Origin: Prevotella sp.
GTDB lineage: Bacteria > Bacteroidota > Bacteroidia > Bacteroidales > Bacteroidaceae
Direction: 5' to 3'
DNA: 64,000 bases
NCBI GenBank assembly: GCA_041856205.1
Contig: JBHAFS010000003.1
Span: forward strand, 9,637-73,636
The notes beneath the pieces are model-generated. The model did not search any database, had not been told where the DNA came from, and was given only the letters and a program-made list of their open reading frames with translations. Within the stretch, counting starts at the first letter, position 1. The number at the start of each line of letters is the position of its first letter. The translations under genes were made by a program, and so were the position numbers. Below are positions 18,439 through 29,300 of the stretch, in pieces.

Positions 18439-20949
18439 ATGGCAGAAAAGACCAATGACACGCGTCAGCACCCATTCAGCAGGCCGCTGCTGTTGCTGGC
18501 CACCGTGAGCACCTTCGCACTAAGCGCCCAGGCCCAGCGCGTCGACCTGGATATGTCGGGCCGTAACCCAGCAGAAGTGACAGCCAAGGATTTTGTAGGC
18601 TGGATGCTACCCGAACTGCCACCGGGTGCTTCAGAGCGTCGGATGTTTGGTGCTGTGGCGGTAACGCTGACCAACACCTCGGCAACGGGCAAGGTGAGGA
18701 CGGGGTGGTATAAGGCCGGCATCACTGCCGACAGGCTCATCAACGACGGCATCCATGTGGTAGACGGTCAGGGACAACGCTCCATCACCGTATCTATCAG
18801 CGGACTGGGCAAGGGGCGTCACAGCCTGCAGGCCTGGCACAACAATGCCGACGGCACCGCCGACACAGGACCTGTGACGGTGAAGGTGAACGGCAAAACC
18901 AAGCTAAGCGTGGCACCTACTTCGAGGGCCGCCGACAGGGCTGGGGCCTCTACGTCGTATGTGACCTTCAAGGGCGACCGTGTCACCGTGACCTACACCG
19001 CACCTGCCGACTTCTACCTCAATGCGCTGGAGATTGATGTGCCCGATGTCCGCGGCCTGGCCACCACGCCCTGGCCGGCTGACAACGACCTGCATGCCGA
19101 TGCCGATGGTGGCACCATGACGCTGCGGTGGGCACTGCCGGCACTGGGTGCCGATGGCCAGGTGCTGCACTATGGCACCAGCAAGGAAGAGGTGGAGCGT
19201 GGCGCTGGCACCAGCATCCGGCTGGATGGCATGACCGACAGCTGCCGCCTGGCGGGGCTCTCGCCGCTGCAGCCCTACTACTGGCGTGTGGATGCCGTGC
19301 GCAAGGGTGCGACAAACGAGGGACATCTCTGGACGTTCCAGCCACGCCGGCTGGCTTTCCCCGGTGCCGAGGGCTACGGACGCTATGCCATCGGCGGACG
19401 CGGCGGGCAGGTGTACCATGTCACCAACCTCAAGGACGACGGCAGCTATGGGTCGTTCCGCTATGGTACCACACAGCTCAAGGGGCCGCGTACCATCGTC
19501 TTCGACGTGGCCGGTGTCATCACCCTTGGCAGCCGTCTCACCATCAGCGACCCCTATGTCACCATCGCCGGACAGACGGCACCCGGGCGAGGCATCATGT
19601 TCAGGGGCAAGGCGCTGGGTGTGGCCACCGACGGCATCACACGGTTCATACGCCTGCGCCTCGGCGGGGGCGATGGCTGGAGCGGCACGGGGGCCAACAG
19701 CGCAACCATGGATGGCATTGGCATGGCGGGCAACAATAACGCCATCATGGACCACTGCTCCATCGGATGGGCCATCGACGAGGGATTCTCGAGCCGCAAT
19801 GCCCGCAACATCACGCTGCAGCATACCCTTATCTCTGAAGAACTCAACTATGCCGGCCACAGCCATTATGTGGAGCAGAGCGGACGCTACGTAGAGCATG
19901 GCTATGCGGCTACCATTGGCGGTGGCGTGCCCGACGGCGTGGGCTCGTTCCACCACAACCTGCTGGCACACAACAACGGCCGCAACTGGAGTATGGGCGG
20001 CGGGCTGGTGGGCGGCAAGTATGCCGGCAGGCTCGACCTGTTCAACAATGTGGCGTACAACTGGGGCAGTCGCACCACCGACGGCGGTGCCCACGAGGTC
20101 AACTTCGTGAACAACTACTACAAGATGGGGCCCTCGTCGACCGAGCGCTATCTGCTCTCGGCCGACCTCGAAGGCACGGGCGGCGGCACGCAGAGCTACT
20201 ATGTGAGTGGGAACATACGCGAGAACCTCGACGGCACGAAGACCACCGACCAGCAGGCCTTGCGCCGCGAGCGGGTGAAACAAGGACAGGTTGTCGACTG
20301 GCAGGTGTTTGTCGACAAGCCGTTCTTCCCTTCGTTGGCACAGGTGGAGCGTGCCGAGGCTGCGTGGCGCAACGTGCTCTCGGACGTGGGCTGCAACCTG
20401 CCCGAGACCGACAACCACGACCTGCGCATGATCAATGAGACACTCGCAGGCACCACCTCCACCCAGGGATTCCATACCCATAAGAAAGGTCTCATCGACC
20501 GCGAGAGCGATGCCGAGGGCTTCGATGGACTGAACATCGAGACGGCGGCAAGGCCGGCCGACTGGGACACCGACGGCGACGGCATGCCCGACTGGTGGGA
20601 GACGGCCTATGGCACCGACCCGCATACGCCCGACAACAATGGTGACCTCGATGGCAATCATTACACCAACCTGGAGGAATATCTCAACTGGATGGCCGAG
20701 CCCCACTTCACCATCCAGGGCCCTGCCCAGGTAGACCTGGCCCCCTATTTCAGGGGGTACACCAGTCCGGCCTATGTCGTAGATGGCGCACCAGTAGGTG
20801 CGACGGCTGTGGTCGAGGGCTCACACCTCACCGTGACGCCTGCGGCTACACCTGCCCTCATCACCGTCAGGGTGAAGGCATGGCAGGGGGATGTCAGTTT
20901 GGTGCGGTCTTTCCATTTCTATGTGTCGCCTGGTGCTGCCAATCGATGA
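18439..20949 (+). CDS. Pectate lyase, polysaccharide lyase family 1-like, with N-terminal accessory domains
   Basis: AFPGAEGYGRYAIGGRGG, TIAGQTAPG, DHCSIGWAIDE, DTDGDGMPDWWE Ca-binding repeats; signal peptide from ATG 18439 (or 18427). Confidence 0.85.
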   Translation: MAEKTNDTRQHPFSRPLLLLATVSTFALSAQAQRVDLDMSGRNPAEVTAKDFVGWMLPELPPGASERRMFGAVAVTLTNTSATGKVRTGWYKAGITADRLINDGIHVVDGQGQRSITVSISGLGKGRHSLQAWHNNADGTADTGPVTVKVNGKTKLSVAPTSRAADRAGASTSYVTFKGDRVTVTYTAPADFYLNALEIDVPDVRGLATTPWPADNDLHADADGGTMTLRWALPALGADGQVLHYGTSKEEVERGAGTSIRLDGMTDSCRLAGLSPLQPYYWRVDAVRKGATNEGHLWTFQPRRLAFPGAEGYGRYAIGGRGGQVYHVTNLKDDGSYGSFRYGTTQLKGPRTIVFDVAGVITLGSRLTISDPYVTIAGQTAPGRGIMFRGKALGVATDGITRFIRLRLGGGDGWSGTGANSATMDGIGMAGNNNAIMDHCSIGWAIDEGFSSRNARNITLQHTLISEELNYAGHSHYVEQSGRYVEHGYAATIGGGVPDGVGSFHHNLLAHNNGRNWSMGGGLVGGKYAGRLDLFNNVAYNWGSRTTDGGAHEVNFVNNYYKMGPSSTERYLLSADLEGTGGGTQSYYVSGNIRENLDGTKTTDQQALRRERVKQGQVVDWQVFVDKPFFPSLAQVERAEAAWRNVLSDVGCNLPETDNHDLRMINETLAGTTSTQGFHTHKKGLIDRESDAEGFDGLNIETAARPADWDTDGDGMPDWWETAYGTDPHTPDNNGDLDGNHYTNLEEYLNWMAEPHFTIQGPAQVDLAPYFRGYTSPAYVVDGAPVGATAVVEGSHLTVTPAATPALITVRVKAWQGDVSLVRSFHFYVSPGAANR

Positions 20950-21039
20950 TGGTCTGTGTGTTGCACCAGCCGGCAAGATCGAGGCGTGCAGCCGCAGAAA
21001 TGAGTGTTGAAAAGGTAAATAAAGTAAGGAGTCAAAGAA

Positions 21040-21090
21040 GACAACGAAAAGGTGGATGCCCTGAATACAGGCATCCACCTTTTCGTTGTC
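21040..21090. terminator. Bidirectional terminator between convergent lyase genes
   Basis: Perfect 21-bp stem GACAACGAAAAGGTGGATGCC / GGCATCCACCTTTTCGTTGTC. Confidence 0.85.
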
Positions 21091-21102
21091 GTGGCGTCTG
21101 GT

Positions 21103-23823
21103 CTACCTCACGATCTTAAAGGTATGCACCTTTCCGTTGGCATCGGTGGCCTTGAGCAGGTAGATGCCGGTAGGCAGGGTGCCGAGGGGCAGCTCTCCGA
21201 CGGTGGCCTTGCATGTGCCGCCGCCTATCTTGGCACCATCGGCGGTGTAGATGTCATAGGCGATGAGCTCCACGGTCTCGGCATCGATGGTGGCGATGGC
21301 CGTGGCGCTGCTGCTCACGGCCACGTGGAGCGGTCGCTGCATGGTGTGTCCGTCGGCATCGGTAACGGTCAGACTGACGACGTTGAGCGAGGGCTGGCTG
21401 CCGGTAGCCTTCACGCGCAACTTGCCCTCACCGGCTGATGTCAGCTCCAGCTGCGTGCCGGTATAGGCATGGGTGTAGACCGGACTCTCTGTAAAGCCCG
21501 CGAAGAGCGAGGGCAGGTAGAGCTCTTGCGTGGCACCCGCTGCGAGGGTGATATGGGCCTCGGCCATCCAGTTGAGATAGTCTTCGAGGTCGGTATATCC
21601 GTCGCGGTCGTCGTCGGCATTGTTGTTGGCCACCAGCGGGTCGGTGCCCCTGATGCGCTCAAACCAGGTGGGTATGCCGTCGCCGTCGGCATCGAAGTCT
21701 TGGGCCACCTGTTCCTCGGGGTAGACCTCGAAGCCGCCGCAGTCGGCCTCGCTGTCGATCTGTCCTTTGATGCCAGAGAGGCTCCCGGTGTAGGTATAGC
21801 TGCGGTTGAGGGTCTCGCTGACGATGCGCTGGTCTTGACTGTCGGCCATCGGTTGGTTGGCGCCCACGTCAGAGAGCACCTTCTTGTAGGCCAGCATGGG
21901 GTCGTCGATGGTGGCCTCTGAGGGGAAGTAGGGTGCCGAGCCCCAGTAGGTCCAGTCGACGACCTGTCCGCCACTGGTCCTCATGCGTTTCATGTTGTCG
22001 GCATCGATGTCGATGCTGCCGTTGAGGTTGTCACGCACATTATTATATAGGTATGCGCTCTGTGTGCCCTTTCCCGTTCCTTCGAGGTCGAGCGAGAAGA
22101 TGGTGTGGTTGGTCACGGCCGGTCCTTCCTTGTAATAGTTGCCCACGAAGTTCACCTCATGTGCTCCGCCGTCGGTGGTGCGGCTGCCCCAGTTGTACAC
22201 CACATTGTTGAAGATGTCGAGCCTGCCGGCATAATAGCCGTCGCCGGTGAGTCCGCCACCCATGCTCCAGTTGCGCCCGTAGCAGTTGGCCAGCAGGTTG
22301 TGGTGGAACGAGCCGATGTCGCCGCCGATGGTTGCGGCATAACCGTGGTTGGTGCCGTCGGGATAGTTCTTGTGGTGGGCAATGCCCAGCGCCTCGGCAA
22401 TCATCGAGCGCTGGAAGGTGATGCTGTGGGCGCCTCGGCTGGAGAAGGTCTCGTCGGTACCCCAGCTGGCAGTGGCATGGTCGATGATGGTGTTGTTGGC
22501 ACCCGTCACGCCCATGGCGTTACCGGTGTCGTCGGGGGTGCCCAGTCCTCGCCGTGCGCGTAGAAAGCGGACGATGTTGTCGCTGCCGAAGTTGACGTTG
22601 GAGTGCATCAGGCAGATGCCTTTCCCAGGGCCGGTCTGTGCGGCCAGGGTGACGTTAGGCGTGGCGAAGACGGCCGCAAAGTTCATGTCGATGAGTCCCG
22701 ACACGTTGAAGACGATGGTGCGCGGCCCCTCCACATGCTTGAGCCCGTAGATGAGCGAGCCCGGCGTCTCGTCGTTAGTGAGGTTGGTGACATGGTAGAC
22801 CGTGCCGCCGCGTCCTCCCCGTGCATAGCGGCCGTAGCCCTCGGCACCGGGAAAGGCCACCTGCCGTGGCTGGAAGTTCCACACATCGGCCTCATACTCG
22901 TAGCCGTCGGCGTCGACCTCCCTGACCATCCAGTAGTAGGTGTTCATCGCATACAGGTTGTCGACGGTGAAGGTGGTGTCGGTGAGAAGCCCCCGGTCGG
23001 TCATGGCATCCTTGCTTTCGCCGAAGAAAAGGTGATGCTTCACCGCTTTGGAGGCTGGTGTCCATGACAGTGTAACCGTGCCGCCGTCGCAGTCGGCATG
23101 GCTGTCGTAGTTGGCCGGCGAGGGGTCGCTGGCCATGGTGGCAGGGTTGCCTTGGTCTACCACGAGGGCATTGATGAATACCGTGGAGCAGGCTTTGGGT
23201 GTGCCGTTGTAGTCGGTCGCGGGGTCGGGTGTTGCCCTGTACCAGATGCGTACGGGCTTACCCTCCGTGACGGTGAAGTGAACGTATGAGGTCGCACTCT
23301 CCGAGGCCTTCTCCTTGTTCATGGTCTGTGCCACGCCTTCTAGCACCTTCACGCCGTCGACATAGACGTCGAGTTTTGGGCCTTGGTAGCTCGTGGGGTT
23401 GTTGTGATAGGCCAGCAGCGTATGCGGTCCGGCCGACAGTCCTTCGATGATCACCTCCAGTTCGCCGGCAGGCCCTTGCAGCTTGGGGGTGTTGCCGCCG
23501 TCGTCGAGGTCGAGTGTCTCGATGCCGTCACCGATGAGTTTGTCCTTGGTCTGTACGATGGTCTTGCTCCATCCGCAGCCCAGCGTCTTTCCCTGCGAGT
23601 TCGGGCCGTTCTGCACAATGAACTTGACGCCGTCGACGGTCAGCGTGTCCGACACGATTTGTTTTGGAAATCCGGGCTGTGATGCCGTGGTGGTGTTCCA
23701 TGCCGTAAAACCGGGAGCATTGCCTTCGGCCTCGCTGCGCCCGAAGAAGTTGAAGTCGATCTTCTGCGCATGGCCTGTAAGGGCAATGGTCAGTAGTAGC
23801 GTAGTGATAGTTTGTTTCTTCAT
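21103..23823 (-). CDS. Pectate lyase PL1-like with T9SS C-terminal domain
   Basis: AFPGAEGYGRYARGGRGG, DHATASWGTDE; C-terminus IYTADG..LPTGIYLLK..KVHTFKIVR; start MKKQTITT at 23823. Confidence 0.88.
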   Translation of the reverse strand: MKKQTITTLLLTIALTGHAQKIDFNFFGRSEAEGNAPGFTAWNTTTASQPGFPKQIVSDTLTVDGVKFIVQNGPNSQGKTLGCGWSKTIVQTKDKLIGDGIETLDLDDGGNTPKLQGPAGELEVIIEGLSAGPHTLLAYHNNPTSYQGPKLDVYVDGVKVLEGVAQTMNKEKASESATSYVHFTVTEGKPVRIWYRATPDPATDYNGTPKACSTVFINALVVDQGNPATMASDPSPANYDSHADCDGGTVTLSWTPASKAVKHHLFFGESKDAMTDRGLLTDTTFTVDNLYAMNTYYWMVREVDADGYEYEADVWNFQPRQVAFPGAEGYGRYARGGRGGTVYHVTNLTNDETPGSLIYGLKHVEGPRTIVFNVSGLIDMNFAAVFATPNVTLAAQTGPGKGICLMHSNVNFGSDNIVRFLRARRGLGTPDDTGNAMGVTGANNTIIDHATASWGTDETFSSRGAHSITFQRSMIAEALGIAHHKNYPDGTNHGYAATIGGDIGSFHHNLLANCYGRNWSMGGGLTGDGYYAGRLDIFNNVVYNWGSRTTDGGAHEVNFVGNYYKEGPAVTNHTIFSLDLEGTGKGTQSAYLYNNVRDNLNGSIDIDADNMKRMRTSGGQVVDWTYWGSAPYFPSEATIDDPMLAYKKVLSDVGANQPMADSQDQRIVSETLNRSYTYTGSLSGIKGQIDSEADCGGFEVYPEEQVAQDFDADGDGIPTWFERIRGTDPLVANNNADDDRDGYTDLEDYLNWMAEAHITLAAGATQELYLPSLFAGFTESPVYTHAYTGTQLELTSAGEGKLRVKATGSQPSLNVVSLTVTDADGHTMQRPLHVAVSSSATAIATIDAETVELIAYDIYTADGAKIGGGTCKATVGELPLGTLPTGIYLLKATDANGKVHTFKIVR

Positions 23824-23941
23824 GTTTGGTATATGGGTTTTTAATCGCGAGGTAAAGTTATGACTTTTTTTGTAGAACGAGGGTGATATATTCGTCAAAA
23901 AGGTGGAAAAAAAAGTAGGCAGGCAATTTCGTCCGGCAATT

Positions 23942-23969
23942 GAGTGCAAAACGGGTCATAGGCCGTCTT
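23942..23969 (+). promoter_or_regulatory. Putative ECF sigma promoter GAGTGC-N16-CGTCTT
   Basis: Matches the shared motif; 35 nt upstream of ATG 24005. Confidence 0.55.
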
Positions 23970-24004
23970 TAAGACATAAGTAACAACAAAACGCACAACA
24001 AGCA

Positions 24005-25750
24005 ATGCTCAATTCTATTTTCCGACTGTCAATCGCCGCCACGGCTCTGCTGATGCTTCCTGGCGCGGCGCGCGCACAATACCCGCAGCTCACCGATGAG
24101 GCTGCTGCAAAGATCGATTCGTTGACAAAGGTCTGGACGGCCCATTCCGACTCGGCGTGGGCAGTGGCCTTTCCTATTGTCAAGCAAGAGGCCATGGCCG
24201 GCCGGCCCTATGTGCCTTGGGCTTTCAGGCCCTATGACCTCAGGCAGGCCAAGATTCCCGCTTTCCCCGGTGCTGAGGGAGGAGGGATGTTTACCTTTGG
24301 TGGTCGAGGCGGCAAGGTGCTGACGGTGACCAACCTCAATGATGACGGCCCCGGGTCGTTCCGCTGGGCCTGCGAACAGGGTGGTGCCCGCATCGTGGTG
24401 TTCAACGTGGCGGGTGTCATCCGTCTCAAGACACCCGTCATCGTGCGGGCTCCCTATATCACCATTGCCGGACAGACGGCACCGGGCGACGGCGTGTGCA
24501 TCGCTGGACAGTCGTTCCAGGTCAACACCCATGATGTCATCGTACGTCACATGCGGTTTCGCCGTGGTGTCACGGATGTGTGGTATCGCGAAGACAGCTT
24601 TGGCGGAAACCCGGTGGGCAACATCATGATCGACCACTGCTCGTGCGAGTGGGGCCTGGATGAGAACATCTCTTTCTATCGCCACATGTTCGACTTGGGC
24701 GACAAGTCCGGCGCACGCAAGGAGCCCACTTGCAACGTGACCATCCAGAACACCATTTCGGCCAAGGCCCTCGATACCTATAACCATGCCTTCGGCAGCA
24801 CCATAGGTGGCGAGAACGCCTCGTTCATGCGCAACCTCTGGGCCTGCAACACCGGACGCAATCCGTCGATTGGATGGGGCGGCGTGTTCAACTTCGTCAA
24901 CAACATCGTCTACAACTGGGTACACCGTACGGCCGACGGAGGTGAGTATTCGACCATGAGCAACTTCATCAACAACTACTACAAGCCCGGCCCCGCCACG
25001 CCCACAGACACCCCCGTGGGCTACCGCATCATCAAGAGCGAGAGCCGCTCGGGCAAGCTTTTCCCCTATCCTCAGTATGGTCGTATCTATGCCGCGGGCA
25101 ACGTCATGGAAGGCCGTCCGGAGATTACGGCCGACAACTGGAACGGTGGCATACAGATAGGAGACAATCATGAGACCATTCCGGCCGAAGTGCTGGCCCT
25201 GATGCGGAGCAATGAGCCTTTCGCCATGCCCCATCTCACCATCCTGCCCTCGGAGCAGACCTTCGACCATGTGCTGGCCAACGTGGGTGCTACGTTGCCC
25301 AAGCGCGACATCGTAGACCATCGTATCATCGAGGAGGTACGCACCGGACAGCCCTACTACGTGAAGAAACTCGACAAGAAGCATCCCTATGGCAATATGT
25401 GGGGACTGTCGGAGAAGTCGCAGGACCAGGAGGGCTTCTTCAAATACCGCCGCTTGGGCAAAGACTCCTATAAGCTGGGTATCATCACCGACCCCGGACA
25501 GATGGGAGGCTACCCCGACTACAAAGGCAAACCCTACACCGACAGCGACAATGACGGCATGCCCGATGCCTGGGAACTGGCCAACGGCCTTAATCCCCAC
25601 GACCCCACAGATGCCAACGGCGACGTGAACGGTGACGGCTACACCAATATCGAGAAGTATATCAACGGCATCGACACGCACAAGAAGGTCGACTGGACCA
25701 ACCTCAGCAACAACCACGACACGCTGGATGGCAAGTCGTCGCTGATGTAA
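24005..25750 (+). CDS. Pectate lyase, PL1-like
   Basis: AFPGAEGGG..GGRGG, TIAGQTAPGDG, DHCSCEWGLDE, GRNPS motifs; signal peptide. Confidence 0.9.
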   Translation: MLNSIFRLSIAATALLMLPGAARAQYPQLTDEAAAKIDSLTKVWTAHSDSAWAVAFPIVKQEAMAGRPYVPWAFRPYDLRQAKIPAFPGAEGGGMFTFGGRGGKVLTVTNLNDDGPGSFRWACEQGGARIVVFNVAGVIRLKTPVIVRAPYITIAGQTAPGDGVCIAGQSFQVNTHDVIVRHMRFRRGVTDVWYREDSFGGNPVGNIMIDHCSCEWGLDENISFYRHMFDLGDKSGARKEPTCNVTIQNTISAKALDTYNHAFGSTIGGENASFMRNLWACNTGRNPSIGWGGVFNFVNNIVYNWVHRTADGGEYSTMSNFINNYYKPGPATPTDTPVGYRIIKSESRSGKLFPYPQYGRIYAAGNVMEGRPEITADNWNGGIQIGDNHETIPAEVLALMRSNEPFAMPHLTILPSEQTFDHVLANVGATLPKRDIVDHRIIEEVRTGQPYYVKKLDKKHPYGNMWGLSEKSQDQEGFFKYRRLGKDSYKLGIITDPGQMGGYPDYKGKPYTDSDNDGMPDAWELANGLNPHDPTDANGDVNGDGYTNIEKYINGIDTHKKVDWTNLSNNHDTLDGKSSLM

Positions 25751-25790
25751 TAGGTGGTGACAGAGACAGAATAACGTTATATAGCAATAT

Positions 25791-26393
25791 ATGAGAAGAG
25801 TGATTATGGGCATGGCGGCCATGCTGTTCGCGCTCGTTGCCCAGGCGCAGGTAGCCCTCGACAGTGTGGGGCGAGATGCCGCATACGTGGCGACCATTAT
25901 CGCACGGTCGCAGAAGATAGTAGACGGTCTGCAGCTGCAAGATGCCGAGACCAAGGCGCAGGTGCTCAATATTATCGCCAACCGCTACTTCTTGCTGAGC
26001 GACTTGGAGAAGCGCAATGGCAAGGGCGATGCTCTCGATGCCAGCCTCTACAAGCATCATTTCGAACTGGTGGCCGACTTATCGAACTACCTCGACGAGC
26101 AACAGGTGGAGGCTGTCAAGGACGGACTGACCTATGGCGTGGTGCCAAAGACCTACGGCGCCTATCTGGAGATGATCCCCTCGCTCAAGGAGAACGAGAA
26201 ACTGCAGATCATGAACTGGCTCAAGGAGGCACGCGAGTTTGCCATCGATGCCGGCGACTCGAAGGGCAAGCACGGCTGGTTCAACAAGTATAAGGGGCGC
26301 ATCAACAACTGGTTGTCGAAGCGCGGCTATGACCTCACCAAGGAACGCAAGGCCTGGGGCGAGCGCATCGCGGCACAGCAGAAGAACAAATGA
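25791..26393 (+). CDS. DUF3826-like secreted protein
   Basis: QVEAVKDGLTYG, EAREFAID, KHGWFNKYKGRINNWLS motifs recalled from pectin-PUL DUF3826 proteins. Confidence 0.7.
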   Translation: MRRVIMGMAAMLFALVAQAQVALDSVGRDAAYVATIIARSQKIVDGLQLQDAETKAQVLNIIANRYFLLSDLEKRNGKGDALDASLYKHHFELVADLSNYLDEQQVEAVKDGLTYGVVPKTYGAYLEMIPSLKENEKLQIMNWLKEAREFAIDAGDSKGKHGWFNKYKGRINNWLSKRGYDLTKERKAWGERIAAQQKNK

Positions 26394-29300
26394 AACATAT
26401 CATAGCAGCACTTTGGGTGATGTTGGGCGTTGTGCGCGTTGCCGCGCAACCCTTCCCGTTGGATTACAGCGAGGTGGGCTACCATCACTCGGAGCGTCAG
26501 ATTCCTGATGCTCCGGTGAAGGTGTATGTGTCGTGGCGCATGGGCGACCAGAGCAGCCGCATACAGCAGGCTCTCGACGCCGTGGCACGTATGAGGCCCG
26601 ACAAGACAACGGGCCTGCGCGGAGCCGTGCTATTGGCGCCCGGCACCTACCATCTGAGCCGCGCATTGCACATCGCAGCCAGCGGTGTGGTGCTCAGGGG
26701 CACAGGACGCAAGGAGACAGTGCTGCTCAAGGATGGCGTCGACCGCGGTGCCGTGGTCTATGTGGAGGGGCGTGATGACCGATGCCTCACCGACACACTG
26801 TCGGTGGCGGGTGACGTGGCGCTCGGTGCCGCCACCGTCACCGTGGATGCACAGCCGGGATGGCTGCAGGCCGGAGCCGAGGTGGTGGTCAGCAGGCCGT
26901 CTACCAAGCAGTGGATTGCCCGCATGGGATGCAGCACCTTTGGTGGCGGCGACGAACTGGGCTACTGGGGCTGGCACCCGGGAGAGATCGACGTAGAGTG
27001 GACACGCACCGTGACGGCCGTCAAGGGACACCGCCTGACCCTCGACAGTCCGTTGTCGATGGCGCTGCGCGAGGCCGACGGCAAGAGCAGGGTGATGCGG
27101 TGTGTATGGCCTGGCAGGATTCATGATGCCGGTGTGGAGAACCTCACCATCGCCTCGGCCTACGACGAGCGATACCCCATGGACGAAGACCATGCCTGGG
27201 ATGGCGTGTATGTGTCCAATGCCAAGGACTGCTGGGTGCGACAGGTCAACTTCCTGCACCTGGCAGGCTCGGCCGTAGTGGTGCAGCGCAGCGCCTCACA
27301 GGTGACCGTCGAGGACTGCGTGTCGCGCCAGCCCGTGTCAGAACTCGGAGGCTACCGCCGCCGCACGTTCCTTACCTATGGTGAGCGCTGCCTGTTCCAG
27401 CGGCTATGGTCAGAAGAGGGCATCAACGACTTTGCGGCGGGCATGGTGGCGGCAGGCCCCAACGCCTTTGTGCAGTGCGAGAGCCATCGGTCGCATGGCT
27501 TCAGCGGTGCCGTTGGCCCCTGGGCCACCGGGCTGCTCTTTGACTGTGTGACGGTCGATGGCCACGACATCAGACTTGGCTACATTGGCCTGGAGAAATA
27601 TGGCACGGGCTGGAACACCGCCAACAGCACGGCCTACCAGTGTTCGGCGGCAGGCATACAGGCCGACAGTTTGCCCGACGGCTCGGCGAACTATGCCTAC
27701 GGTTGCTGGGCGCAGTTTACGGGCAATGGCCGCTTTGCCGAGGCCAACAACCATGTGCGGCCGTGGAGCCTTTTTGCCAAGCAGCTCTCCGAGCGCCTGG
27801 GTCGCGATGTGTCGGCCCTCACCCGCACGCTGGAGCGTGGGTCGGATGCCGCTACAAGTCCCACCATCGAACAGGCCCGACAGCTGACGCTGGAGGCCCA
27901 CCGCCCCCGGGTAACGATGGCGATGTGGGTCGACAGTGCGCGCTTCACCGCCTCGGTGTCGCCCCGTGGGGCCATCGATGTCGACCGGTTCTACCGTGAG
28001 CCCCCTGTCGCTCCACCGCTGCCGGAGATTGGCCTGGAGCGGGGCAAGCTGGTGATGGACCATGCCCTGCTCACCGGCCGACGCCACAACGCGCCCTGGT
28101 GGAACGGACGGGTGAGATATTCCGACTTTGACAAGCGCGGCTATGCCCTCACGCGCTTTGTGCCGGGCATGGAGCAGAATGCCACTACCGATCGTGTCGA
28201 CTCGGTGGTGAGCTGGATGGTGCGTACCCACCAGTTGCTTTTCTCGCAGAACTATGGCCTCTGGTACGACCGTCGTCGTGACGACCACGAGCGGGTGCGG
28301 CGCCGCGACGGCGATGTGTGGCCGCCGTTCTATGAGCAGGCCTTCGCCCGCAGCGGACAAGGCACGGCATGGGACGGTCTCAGCCTTTACGACCTGGAGC
28401 GTCTCAACCCGTGGTATTTCGATCGCTTGCGCGCCTTTGCCCGGGCCGGAGCGCCTCATGGCCTGCTCCTCATGAACCAGCACTATTTCCAGCACAACAT
28501 CCTCGAGGCCGGTGCCCACTGGGTCGACTGTCCCTGGCGCTCGGCCAACAACACCAACGACACCGACTTTCCAGAGCCGGTGCCCTTCACCGGCGACAAG
28601 CGCATCTTTATGGCCGACCGCTTCTATGACGTGGCGCACTCCGTGCGACGTGCCCTCTACAAGCAGTATATCATGAAGGTGCTCGATGCCTTTGCCGACT
28701 GTCCCAACGTCATCCAGTCGATTGGCGAGGAATTCACCGGCCCGCTGGCGTTCGTACAGTTCTGGCTCGACACCATCAAGGAATGGGAGCAGACGCGCGG
28801 CCATCATGTGCTGGTGGCACTGGGTGTGAACAAAGACGTGCAGGATGCCATCCTTGCCGACCCTCAGCGTCGCGACGTGGTGGACATCATCAACATCGAG
28901 CAGTGGTTTTACAACGACAAGGGCCAGTATGCGCCTCCCGGTGGAGTCAACATGGCCCCTCGCCAGTATCAGCGCCAGATAAAGACCGGTTCGGCCACCT
29001 TTGCCGATGTCTACAAAGCAGTGCTCGAATATCGTGCGGGCTATCCCGACAAGGCCGTGGTCTACTATGCCCAGAAATACCCTGAGCTGGCCTGGGCCGT
29101 CTTCATGGCTGGCGGGTCGTGCCCCGCCATCCCGGTGACCGACACGGCGTTTCTGCAAAGTGCTGCCACGATGCTGCCCACATGGCACCAGGATGGCTGT
29201 TATGTCATGCAGGGAGACAATGGCGATGCCGTAGTGTGGCATGAAGGCGGCAGTCTGACCGGCGCTCTACAGCTTGGCGCAGCCAGCTATGCCCTCTTCA

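Noticed and set aside
23853-23896. Possible AraC direct-repeat site and TAACTTTA -7 variant upstream of the minus-strand PL1
   Set aside because: Too degenerate and AT-rich to support without comparative data
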